NCBI RefSeq assembly: GCF_006345805.1
Contig: NC_043002.1
Location: forward strand, 59,272,001 to 59,336,000
Source: Octopus sinensis
Lineage: Eukaryota
Length of the DNA: 64,000 nt
Reading direction: 5' to 3'
Under the pieces are notes generated by a model that saw only the letters and a program-made list of their open reading frames with translations, did no database searches and was not told the origin of the DNA. Position numbers and translations under genes: made by a program. Positions within the stretch are counted from its first letter, which is position 1, and each line of letters opens with the position of its first letter. Below, in pieces: positions 1 to 11,996 of the stretch.

Positions 1-726
1 AATAACAGATTATTTTATGGTATTGATCATAACATCTGCATTTCTGAAGCCAGTCTACAGATTTCACTTCTAATTCTGCCACAAAGCCACCAATACTAAT
101 TTCATTGATTTTTGATAATAACTGTAAAAAAATTATGTCTCAACATCACAGGATTTCTCTTTACCTCAAAATGTCTAATAAATTTTTTTATGAGTCTAAA
201 AAATATACATTTTTACGTAATCTTTTGACATCATCAAAGCATTAGCCAATTTAAACATTTTACCATTAGTTCCATTAATAAAATATTTTAATTTTATTTC
301 TTCGATGGTAATTTGGTTTAGATCGAAATAAGTTACCATTCTGATTTTTAAAAAAAATCGCTTTCCAAGGATTCTTTCCATGGAAAAATGTTGGAAAATT
401 TCCTTTCTCTGTTTAAGAATCTGAACTTGTTCGTCCTGCATCTCTTTCAATTATTTGTAGTACCATATTTTCAAAAGATACTTAAAAAAAAAAAGATGCA
501 ATATCAAAAATATTTCGACGCGAAAATTTTTTTCAAGTTTTTCGTTGCTGCATTTATTTGAAAGATATTTTGTTGCTATTTTTCTTTTTTAGCTTAATTT
601 CATTTTGCTTTCCATTTTTTGTTGTGTATATTCCCTGGTCGGTCTGTGGCCTAGATTGCAAGAAAAAACGATTGTAAATTCTTTTATAACTTCCAGTAAT
701 GCATAACATAATAATTGTTACTACTG

Positions 727-905
727 AAGGCACAAGACCCGAAATTTTTGGGGAGGTCCTCGAGTGACACTTGTTTTATCGACCCCGAAAGAATGAAAGG
801 CAAACTCTACCTCGGTGATATTCGAACTCAAAACATAAAACCAGAAGACGTGATCTGAGCGTTTTGTACGGCGCAGCAACGATTCTGTCAGCTTATCGCT
901 CTTAC
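727..905 (-). mobile_element. Degraded SINE, family A
   Basis: Reverse-complement match to the family core ttcaaattccgccgaggtcgactttgcctttcatcctttcggggtcgat seen at 11315, 41750, 42135 and 60065. Confidence 0.7.
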
Positions 906-964
906 CAGCTCACTGCTAATGAAAGCAAAGAAATAAATTTCAGTAATTAGGTCGCGCCACTGTA

Positions 965-2217
965 CGAGAGTGGGCCGAAAAGTTCATAAGCTAACTATGA
1001 AGGAGTGATCTTAGAGATGTGAAATCTTGTCTGAATTAATTTCAATTCATCTTATCAGTAACTCCATTGTTTCTTTCTAGGTAAACTGACATCTGATTGT
1101 TCAAAGAAGACCTCAAATGTAAATAGGAGTGATTTCTCTTGAAAAATGGACAAAAGTACCTGCAGAAAACTGGCTTAACATCCATGGACGTTTATGCTGA
1201 CATGGTGGATACATTAGAGGAGGATGCTCCAGGTTTATCAACAGTGCAAAAATGGGCGGCTGAATTTAGGAACGGGAAGGGAGAGTTTTGTAAACGACCC
1301 AACGTCTGGACGTTTTGCAATGCCACCACCGAGGAAAACGTTGATCGTATTCACCACCACGTGGTGATGGATGACAGATGATTGACTATAAATCAAATAG
1401 CCAATGCTATTAACATATCCTGTGAGAGAGTTGAGAATATTTTGCACAATGCCTTTGGCTTGACCGTTTCTTTCTGCTCGGTGGGTGCCACTTCTGACAC
1501 CTGATCAAAAACACACCCCAGTGTGATTCCCGTGGAGTAATCACGGGAAAATCTGATATTGTTTGAGGCAGATCCAGCTGGTTTCCTTAAACGTCTCCTA
1601 AGGATGAGTTTTGGGTTCATCATTTTGAGGCAGTGATAAATAGGCAATCCATGTAGTGGACACCCTCTCACCTACTCCAAATAAGGTCAAGGTCGTTTCA
1701 TTTGCAGGGAAAGTGATGGCTTCAGTTTTTTTTCGAATACAAAATGTATTGTATTTAATGCCTATCTTTAAAATGGCCACACTGACAATGGAGAGTACTA
1801 TGCCAACTTACCGAGGCAGTTGCGAAAGGCTATCAAGACCAAACGCCTAGAAAAACTGACAGGACAATGCTCCAGCACACGAGTCCTTGCTTTCAATGGC
1901 TGCTGTGCATAGCTGGCCTTAAACTGGTTGATCAACCTTCCTATTCTTTTGATTTGATACCTTCTGACTATCATCTGTTTCCTAACATGACAAAACACTT
2001 GGCTGGGAACCGGTAGAGCAGTGAGATTGACGTTTATACCTGCTTTTTGACTAACAAGATAGAATCTTCTTTACCATTGGGGTACAAGCTCTGCAACACC
2101 AATGAAAGAAGGGTGTGGACCGCAAGGGAGGGGGGACTATGTTAGAAAATAAACCTTAGCTGATCACATTCCATGAGAGTATCTTGGCCAGCCTGTGAAC
2201 TTTTCGGCCAATACTCG
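965..2217 (+). mobile_element. Full-length defective mariner (DD34D-type)
   Basis: TIRs cgagagtgggccgaaaagttcat / gtgaacttttcggccaatactcg with flanking TA. Broken transposase with HTH (TVQKWAAEFRNG), ARWVP, SFAGKVMASVF and PSYSFDLIPSDYHLFP. Confidence 0.92.
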
Positions 2218-2824
2218 TACATAGTTTTAAGGATAAAAAGGACAATCGTTATGATGTTCGACGTTACATGAATTTTATATACTGTCGAAAGAACATAAAG
2301 TAATTATTTGTTAGAATGTTCTCGAAGCACATCGCATAAAGCTATAAATAACAGCATGTAAATAGTGGGCCTATTTTTTCCATGCAAAAGAGTTTCGCAA
2401 CCCAATAATTATATGTTATTATTTATAGCTTTATGTGATGTACTTCGAGATCTTTCTAAAAAGAATCTTTATGAAATAAGAAGATATTCACGTGTATATA
2501 TAATGCGGACAGTGGGAAGGCATACCGTAAAAATGACACAATGTGCAAACGGCATCTTCCAAAAGACGTTTAAAGCAAAAAGTACAGCATTGTCTATGGA
2601 GGACTTATTGAAAAAAATATGAAGCGAAAATATATTAGAGACAGACACAGCATACAAGACTTAAAGTATGAAAGTAGCCGGAAGGTAATCATTAAAACAG
2701 TTTTAAAATTGGTGTTAATGAGTCTACTATTTATATCGTTCCCATCATTTTCACAACAAAGCACGGCAACAATACTTAATTATTAACACGACATGCAGAT
2801 GAGGAGGCTGTGGGGGATTAACAC

Positions 2825-2877
2825 AAACGCAAAGATACACACGCACACACACATACATATGTATATATGTGTGTGTG

Positions 2878-2923
<46 letters not shown>

Positions 2924-2966
2924 TACATACATATATATATATATATACATATATACATATATATAT

Positions 2967-3060
<94 letters not shown>

Positions 3061-3335
3061 GTATATAATGTAACTACATTTAGATTGTTGGCGATTTTTT
3101 TTCCTGCGTCTTTCTTTTCTTTTATATATATATGTATATATATATAATATATATATATATATACATATATATATTTATTTATATATACATACATACATAC
3201 ATACATACATACATACATACATACATACATACATACATACATACATACATACATACATACACACACATATGCGTACACACATGCCACACACCTCAGACAC
3301 TTCTCTCTCTCTCTCACACACACACTCGTATATAT
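2825..3335. repeat. Compound microsatellite (TA)n/(CA)n/(TACA)n
   Basis: Directly visible; explains the low-complexity ORFs here. Confidence 0.95.
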
Positions 3336-5790
3336 ATGATCACTCTAGCTTTGTTCAGAGTATTTCAGTTGAAAAAACTCTCCTCTCAGATCACGACATG
3401 GTACTCTGCAATTTCAATTCCCGACATATAAAAACCAAACCAGCCAATCCCACTCCATGGCACTCATTTGATAACATAAACTTCCACAAAGCGGACTGGG
3501 GAGCAATCAGAAAGGATCTGTCTTTCATCGACTGGTCTTTTACTCTCAATTCCACCCATATTGAGACCGCATGGCAGCACTTTGAAAACATTGTCACATA
3601 TACATGCTCTAAACACGCTCCCACGAAATCTACTAACACAAACAGAAATCGGCTCCCTAAAAAGAAGAAAACACTCATCAGGCGCATCAAAAGACTTAAC
3701 AAAAAAATCAACCAATTAAAATATTCCCACAAACAACATCCACGTTCAACAACAATGAAAAGGCTAGAGCTGGAAAAACTTCATCTGCAGAACGACATGA
3801 AAACCTCCATTGAAAACCAAAGAGCTGCGGAGGAACAGTGGGTAATCAAAAACATCAAACAGAACCCAAAAGTGTTCTATTCCTATGAAAATAAGCATAG
3901 AACCACTGTCTCACCCATTGGGCCATTAATTGATGCTAACGGCATTCCCCAACACGATGCTAAAGAAATGGCAGAAATACTGCAGAAACAATACTGCTCG
4001 GTCTTTAGTGTTCCCACTGATATTGACGTAAGAGAAGCGAACGAAGTTGACTCCCAACATAAAATCTCAGACATAACCTTCACTCCCACTGACATCGTAG
4101 CAGCAATAAATGAGGTCAAATACTACTCTGCTGTAGGCCCTGATAGATTCCCCGCTAGTCTCCTGAAGGAATGTAGACACCAACTTGCAGTCCCTCTGAC
4201 CAACCTCTGGAGAAATTCGTTAGATGCAGGTTATATACCAAAACAGTTTCTATCCCAGTCAGTCATCCCGGTTTTCAAACAGGGAAACAGATCCCTCGCA
4301 CTCAACTATCGCCCAATCTCACTCACCTCCCACATCATCAAAGTGTTTGAAAGAGTGTTAAGATCAAGGATGGCTGACTTCCTGGAGACCCAGAAACTCC
4401 TAAATGCAAATCAACATGGCTTTCGCTGTGGCAGGGACTAACACAGCTCTTACACCACATTGAAGATGTACTCAAAGCCTTGGGAACAGGTTCGAACTCT
4501 GATGTCATATATCTTGACTTCAGTAAAGCGTTTGACAGGGTAGACCATAATATCCTACTCTCAAAATTGGCAAATGTTGGAATCCGTGGAAAAGTTCTAC
4601 ACTGGATCAAGTATTTCCTGGCGAATAGAACACAACATGTTGTAGTTGATGGAGTCCACTCAAGCCCAGCAAAAGTCACCAGCGGTGTCCCCCAGGGGAC
4701 TGTCTTGGGTCCGCTACTCTTCATAATCTACATAAACGACCTTTCCAGTGTCGTACATTACTGCAAAGTGAAAATTGCTGATGACACCAAGCTCCAGCAA
4801 ATCGTCAATGAAGAAGCAGACCGAACTCAACTCCAGTCTGATGTATATGCTGTGGGTCAATGGGCAGACAGAAACAAAATGCAACTGAACGAGGGAAAAT
4901 TTGAGCTGATGCATTTTGGAAGAAACTCCTCACTAAAACAGCCATACTTGCTTCCTTCAGGGGAACCGCTCACAGCCTCTAACAATATCAGAGACCTGGG
5001 TGTAATTGTTGATGACGATCTCAGTTGGAGTGCACACATCAACAAGAAGGTCGATATAGCTCGTAGGATGAGTTCCTGGATCTTAAGAACTTTCCGGTCC
5101 AGAGAACAAGGTGTCATCATACCACTTTTTTCCTCCTTTGTACGGCCACACCTTGAATACTGCTGCCCACTGTGGTCTCCTCACACAAGACAAAACATCT
5201 CCAGAATTGAGTCACCCCAGAGGGCACTCACTAAACGCATTGAAGGCATGGCTGCTCTCGATTATTGGGATCGCCTTAAAGCCTTGAAACTTTACTCCCC
5301 CCAGCGTCGCCGTGAGCGGTACATCATTTGTACGATGTGGAAAATATACCGCCAACTTTGCCCAAACGACCTAAACATTAGCTTCAAGGTTCATCCAAGA
5401 CTTGGACCACGGGCTATACGTCCCCTGCCCAATTCAAGATCACAACATACATGTACACTGCAACATAATTTCTTTTCCTCAACAGGCCCTGCCCTATTTA
5501 ACATTGTCCCGAGAGAGATCAAAGAGGAAAAGGATCCCATCAACTTTAAACAGAGTCTGGATAGATTCCTTCAAAGAATACCAGATAAGCCACCCATAAT
5601 TGGATATAACTCACCCAACAAGAACTCACTACTTGAACAAAACTGGATACAACTCACCCAACAAGAACTCACTACTTGAACAAAACTTGACTTAAACAGG
5701 ATTCGAATAATCCTATCAGGTGGTGCTATTAAGTTAGACATGGCCTGGACTAATCTTTGGTCGAAACATATCTAAGTTTATCTAAGTTTA
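3336..5790 (+). mobile_element. 5'-truncated CR1/Jockey-group LINE (end of APE endonuclease + RT), one frameshift near 4440
   Basis: ORFs 3269-4441 and 4480-5679 contain SDH, GPD, NYRPISLTS, QHGFR, YLDFSKAFD, SGVPQGTVLGPLLF, IADDTK, DLGV and RPHLEYCCPLWSP; 3' tail (tatctaagtt)2. Confidence 0.95.
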
Positions 5791-6730
5791 TTATTTATAT
5801 ACATGCGTATTGACGTTTTGTACTGAGAATATTCTGGTTGTTGTCAACACTCTGTTTAGGCAGAAAAATAAATATAAAACCATCTGGATGCACCCAAGTT
5901 CCGAAGACTGACATCTCATAGATTATATTTTGATCAGAAAGCGTGATATGATTGATGTTTCTAGCGTTCGGGCCAAGAAAGAAGCAGAGAGCTGTTCTGA
6001 CCATCCTCTAGTGCATGGAAAAATGAAATTTTACTATAATGCCCAAATGCGGACAGTCTGCTCCTAAGGGACCCAAAAGGATAGATATTGCAAATTTCAA
6101 ATTACCAAGCAATTTGCAAAGATTCCACGTATCACTCTTGATCCAAACCGTCTATAGCAAGATTTCGAAACGAAAGTATTTCTGGCTACAAGTTCTTCGG
6201 TAGGACTTAAACCGCAAAAGTCCACTGAATGCTTTTCAGACAAATCACCAGAATGTCATGATCTACTTTCAGAAAAAACAAAACTTAGGCAATATACTTC
6301 TTTCTCGGTCCTTGAACCCCAACTTAAACGAAGCTTACAGAAAGCTGAAAGGGAAAGTGCAGACTGCTCTAAGGAAAATTAAACAGGAATGGTGGAATAA
6401 CAGGGCAGGGGGGGGGGTAAGAGGCAGCTGATAGAAATAATGCCAAGGGTTTGTACTCTTACACACACACACGCGCGCGCGCACACACACATATAAATTC
6501 TTTCTTTTGAAACGATATGTACATACTCATTTGCATACACACATACCACACATCTCACATACATCTCATACGCACAAACACACATACACATTTATATACA
6601 TATGATATTAGAAACCACGAGAACTAACTCGAGAAGGTAGAAATCGCTTTGTGAAACTAGATTTGTCGTACTTAGTACGACTTAATCATCTATGTATCTG
6701 TCTGTCAATTCATCAACATTATTATCATTA

Positions 6731-7289
6731 TTGAATGAGAGAGCAGTGCATGCCATCAAAGTAATACTAGGGTAAAATATACGAAGCCCACTATATCCAT
6801 CATGACTACCCGTCTGATAAGGGTAAACTAGGCACATGCATCACAACAATATGTGCGCGACATGGTGATCTCATATCAAGATAATAAGCGCATGACCTTG
6901 CAGGTGGGGCCCAGTTAGAATTTTCTTCTGGTCGAGTAACCCTTCCCGCTCAAAAGGTCCTTGAATAAGGGTTGTTTAAGTATGTTGAACGAAACACTCA
7001 TGTTTCCAGAGGTGAATTATTCAAACCCCAAAGAATCCCACTCAATACTTGGCTATGATGCTCCCCCACTACTTCTGCTCGTGATCAGAGATGCACATAT
7101 CGTCAGCCACTAAGGGACATACTTAACTGGTTATGGTCAAACAACTGACAAGCACATCTGTTGTATTGAGCAGAATATTTGCTGTAGCCCATCTTTTATA
7201 CCAAGACAAAACAATGTACATGATAACACTTCCAATCAGTTAAGATCAGAAGCCACGAGAGCCACTGCCTGGTACTGCATCAGGGCATT
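6731..7289 (-). mobile_element. ~560 bp non-coding interspersed repeat with (AAT)n tail (non-autonomous retroelement)
   Basis: A second copy lies in the opposite orientation at 56921-57443; both end in ctctctca(c/t)tcaataat. Confidence 0.8.
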
Positions 7290-7296
7290 GTGTGAC

Positions 7297-7399
7297 GCTT
7301 ACAGCACCTAGGTTTCTCAAGCGGTCACCCATCTAAGTACTAACTAGGCTTCGGTGATCGGACGAGAACCAGTGCTTTCAACGTGATATGGCCGTAAGC
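7297..7399 (-). pseudogene. 5S rRNA pseudogene with a ~15 nt deletion over box A
   Basis: Reverse complement reads gcttacggccatatcacgttgaaagcactggttctcgtccgatcaccgaag^cctagttagtacttagatgggtgaccgcttgagaaacctaggtgctgtaagc, collinear with metazoan 5S rRNA; the ends can pair as helix I. Confidence 0.92.
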
Positions 7400-7439
7400 A
7401 ATTATTATTATTATTATTATTATTATTGTTATATTATTA

Positions 7440-7479
<40 letters not shown>

Positions 7480-7524
7480 TATTATTATTATATTATTATA
7501 TTATTATTATTATTATCATCATCA

Positions 7525-7568
<44 letters not shown>

Positions 7569-8036
7569 TTATGTTTGACTTTTGCTTTATATTTGTACAA
7601 GTTGACTCCAAGTCTCACCCAGAGACTTCAAGTGACAAGTTAGAAGTTCATGCTGGTGTTATGCCTAGGGTGTCATATATTTGGTTTTGTACATAGTATT
7701 GTTCTAGAGAATGTTTAAGAGAACATCAGAAAATTATGAGTTTACTTTAAAATTTGAGATTACATAGAAAGTATTTCGTGTAGGTTATGGGCAGTTTCCA
7801 TGAGCACTATCTTTTGAATTTCTGCCATTTTGGTGTTTCCTGGTATCTGAGCTAGGTTGGATTCATCCCCTTTTGCTATCATTCGTAGGGCACCTATGAC
7901 AACAGGTATTATTTTAGTTTTGAGGTTCCACATTTTGGCGATTTCTATTTGAAGATCTGTACACTTGCTCAGTTTTTGTTAGGTCTTGACAGATACGTTT
8001 ATATCGATTGGGACAGTCATATCAATGAGGAAGCAT
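7569..8036 (-). mobile_element. 3' fragment of R4/Dong-like LINE (restriction-like endonuclease) inside (TAA)n
   Basis: Minus strand reads CFLIDMTVPIDINVSVKT*QKLSKCTDLQIEIAKMWNLKTKIIPVVIGAL; (TAT)n tracts on both sides (7402-7568, 8036-8132). Confidence 0.85.
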
Positions 8037-8050
8037 TATTATTATTATTA

Positions 8051-8111
<61 letters not shown>

Positions 8112-8180
8112 CATTATTATTATTATTATTACTATGCATAATTGGAAGATGAAGAAACTGATATTTGTCAAATATGAGTG

Positions 8181-8232
<52 letters not shown>

Positions 8233-8425
8233 ATACGCATCTATGTATGTATATATATCAAATTATTCAACACACGCACATACAGACACACACACCCAAC
8301 CCCCATCGCACATTTATACGCGTATGTGTATATGCACATATATGTGTATATATACATACTTTTGATAAATGTCACTTCGTCTATCCACAACAACAATAAC
8401 TACAACAACGACAACAATGATAATA

Positions 8426-8469
<44 letters not shown>

Positions 8470-8470
8470 A

Positions 8471-8530
<60 letters not shown>

Positions 8531-9005
8531 ATCCCCATAACATAAATTGGAATTCAATGTTATATGTTTAGTGAAGGTGATTTAACACTAGTTCCAACAA
8601 TTTGCATTTTTTTAAATAATCATCTTGAAATCATTATATTATAATTTGTGGAGATATCAATTTTAGATTTCAAGTTGGAGAGAAAAGTTTGACGTGAAAA
8701 TCTCTCCAACATTTCAGTTAAGAAGTTGGCTTTTTTTTTTTAATGTCATGGTTCCTTTCGTCTTCTCTGTTTATTTTTTTTGTTTTTACATTTGTCCTTC
8801 AACGGAAACATCATCAGGTCGGATAATATGAAGTGCCAATGTCGGTAACTACATCTCCTTTTTCTCTCTGAATATCCCTCTTTCTATTTCTCTCTCTCTT
8901 TCTCTCCTTCTGTTTCTCTGTCCACACATACGAACACCCCCCCCCCACACAGAGATACAGACATTGATAAAGAAGTAGATACCTAAAAAAGATAGATAGA
9001 TACAG

Positions 9006-9037
<32 letters not shown>

Positions 9038-9039
9038 AT

Positions 9040-9320
9040 TTGAAGTAGATAAATGAATTATCTTATTACGGATAATTCAAATGATAACCGATACCTGGGT
9101 AGCAAAAATTACAACAGAAAAAGCCCGGTTGAAGTTGCGACCATGGGGCATAAAAACAGTGCCTTAGTGCGGAAATTTGAAGTTTTATATATTAAAAGCT
9201 GCAAAATGGACTCCTTATTCAATCCGAATTAGGGACTTTGCAGCCTTCGAAACATATGTAGAAAATAATATAAAGGAATTTTGTTAAATCTTCGTTCAGC
9301 TCCATTTCTTCCTACACTTA
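9040..9320 (+). mobile_element. Penelope-associated pLTR-like repeat fragment
   Basis: Homologous to 43614-43967 (aagtag.tgaattatc, cctgggtagcaaa, cttcgaaacat.tgt, aaaggaattttgttaa); TA-flanked. Confidence 0.55.
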
Positions 9321-9778
9321 ATATATATATGTGTATGTATGTGTATATATATACACGTAAATCTATACACCTCCACACACACACACACACACATATATAT
9401 ACATACACACAGGCACATGTATGTATGTCTCTATGTGTGCACACACACACATAAACACACACATGTTAGACTTTTGAAGACAATAACTATTTGGAATTAC
9501 AAGAACCCAAAAGTAGACAGCTATGGCAAGTTTATAACAAACAGAGCGAAGTTTGTAGTCCTGCAAAGCGCTTAACCCCTGCGTAAATGTGTGCATTTGC
9601 GCGGTTGAGCGTGCGTCTCTTTTGTTAAGAGTTCGAATCGATATAAACATCTTTGAAGTTAGAACACGACACAGAAAACAAATATAAACGTTTTGGACTA
9701 TTTATTTGAAGTCCACAATTTAGTTACTTCGAAAAAATTCTTCAGCTTGAAACAACTGTATTGGAAGTTTTATATGTA

Positions 9779-10136
9779 CAAAAATCACTCGCCATATCGC
9801 GGTTTACCTTTAGCGCCATCAGTACATCGCGGATTTTTCTGGCTAATATATGTAAATTTATATCGCGGGTTTCTGCGGCCGATAAATATTTATATTTTGA
9901 TAGATTTTTATTATTTTTGTGGTAAAACAAGCATTTTCACGCCTAAAAATAAATAAAGATAGAGTACAGTACTGCACTGTATAACACATTAATTAAAATA
10001 TATTAAAACAAAATACGTAGTGTGCCGCTGATGAGTAAACAAAGAATCGCACATACTGTATGGGAAACGAAACTCGGGAGGCGTGTGTATGGTGCTGTTT
10101 TGCATTTATAATAAAATAAATATATACAAATTATAA

Positions 10137-10213
<77 letters not shown>

Positions 10214-10315
10214 TAATAATAAATATACCGTAGAGTACTGTTTCTACTTCGCGGGTTTTCACCTATCTCGGGGGGGGGGTTGGAACTAACACACACGAAA
10301 GTCGAGGGATTATTG
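9779..10315. mobile_element. pogo/Tigger-like MITE with internal (AAT)n
   Basis: Imperfect TIR TA-caaaaatcactcg ... cgagggattattg-TA; no ORF. Confidence 0.6.
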
Positions 10316-10567
10316 TATATATAAAATTCCCGGTGGTGCGCTATACTTTGTCATCAAAGACTCAACACGGATGCTATATCTCTGTTACAATGGAACCATA
10401 TGACCCAGGATATTCAACAAAGAATATCCCATCTCCATCAATTGAGATCTATACAACAAGAAGGTGATGGATTCCTTTCAACGTCTTTTTTCACAACAAC
10501 CACAAACAGGGTGTGTCTCTTCACCTCCAACAATAGGGAGCAGTCGCAATATTTCATTCCACAACTA

Positions 10568-10647
10568 CCGTCTCTGAAGAGCGTAGGGTTACATAATCGG
10601 CTTGTTATCTAACACTCCGTTGAAACCTCTAGTGCGAGTGGTAAGAT
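10568..10647 (+). ncRNA. Degenerate type I hammerhead motif
   Basis: tct-CTGAAGA-gcg..ggtta...taac..cgtt-GAAA-cc...gg-TA-aga; stem II register is off by one base. Confidence 0.45.
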
Positions 10648-10735
10648 TGGCCTTTATGGATATATAGTTCCGTACACTTCGACTAATATATTAGTCGATG
10701 CATTTTCCCTGACTTATGGATTCTTAGACGGTACG

Positions 10736-10769
<34 letters not shown>

Positions 10770-11066
10770 TGATGAACTCTCCTGTCGGAGACGGCGTATG
10801 AGCGTTCAGCTTTTTGCTGAACGACCTGCACAAATGATTCGTTTATAGCGAACAAATATTGAGGCCGCACATTAGCTCACTCTCTCTAAAATCGACGTTA
10901 GCCGAACAGGTGCACAGTGTACCACGTGTCAGTTGTCGAAGTGATCGCAAAGCAACGTGAGATGAAATGTTTTGCCCAAGAACACAACGCACCGCCCAGT
11001 CTAGGAATTGAAATCACGATCGCTAGGTCATAAGTGCCTCTCTAACCACTAAACCACGAGTCCTCA
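10770..11066 (-). mobile_element. tRNA-derived SINE, degraded
   Basis: Minus strand starts with A box tggtttagtgg and B-box-like gatttcaattcc. Confidence 0.55.
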
Positions 11067-11314
11067 TACACCACACACACACACACACACACACATGTAC
11101 AGCTTCGTGTATTTTCATATATGTAGTTTCGAATATTCTTATCCATGATGGTGACGAGAACCAACGTTCCCATGTAGCAGGCTTTATTATTATTGTGAGA
11201 TTCCTCCCTACATGAAACTTCTGGTAGCCTTGTTAATCCACAGATAAAGAATATTTATCCACCCATGCAATGTTACCCGACATTAGCGTAATATGTATCA
11301 TTGTCCTTATTATT

Positions 11315-11532
11315 AAGGCGGTGAGGTGGCGGAACTGTTAGTTCGCCGGGTAAAATACTTAGCGGCATTTCATCCGTTTTTATGTTCTGAGTTCGAATGC
11401 CGCCGAGGTCAATTTTGCCTTTCATCCTTTTGGAGTCGATAACTTAAGTACCAGTAAAACACTGGGGTCGATGTAATCGAATAGGCCCCACCCGCCAAAT
11501 TTCAGGCCTTGTGCCTTTAGTAGAAAAGATTA
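11315..11532 (+). mobile_element. SINE family A, full length
   Basis: aaggcggtgaggtggcggaa ... gagttcgaatgccgccgaggtc ... ggccttgtgcctttagtagaaaag; multicopy in the window. Confidence 0.85.
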
Positions 11533-11723
11533 TTTTGGCAATTTCATTTCTGCGCATACGAGGGGGTACCCAAAAGTAATCGGAAACGTTCTCTCTGGGA
11601 CAAGTTGTATATATTCTTATATATGTGTACTTTGTTTAATGTTTAATATTTATATTTGCATTTTATATCTTCATTTTATATCTTCATAATTGTACTTTAT
11701 AATCTCTGACGAGGCCTTGATAT

Positions 11724-11777
<54 letters not shown>

Positions 11778-11895
11778 CGATTTAGGAGTGACCCCAACAG
11801 GTCACTCGTCCACCAGAAAGAGCAGCCATAACTCACACCGCCAAGTATTATTAATTCAGAAATTAGGTGAAAATTAAAACATTTACCCTAATTCA

Positions 11896-11996
11896 TCTTT
11901 TAGACGTTGCAACGTTTCTGTGTCATTAATGATTAAATTAGCTTAATTAAATTAAATTAAGCCAATCTACCATAGGTTACACTTCATCAGTAAAGA
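11896..11996 (-). ncRNA. Type I hammerhead ribozyme motif, unit 1 (repeated in units 2-5)
   Basis: Minus strand: tcttta-CTGATGA-a gtgt...acac a-GAAA-cgttgcaacg-TC-taaaaga. Confidence 0.7.

Noticed and set aside
2751-3323. ORFs rich in YI/CV/HT/YLSI repeats here and throughout the window
   Set aside because: They are translations of stop-free microsatellites, not genes.
7297-7399. Functional 5S rRNA gene
   Set aside because: About 15 nt including box A are deleted, there is no oligo-T terminator, and it is not in a 5S array.
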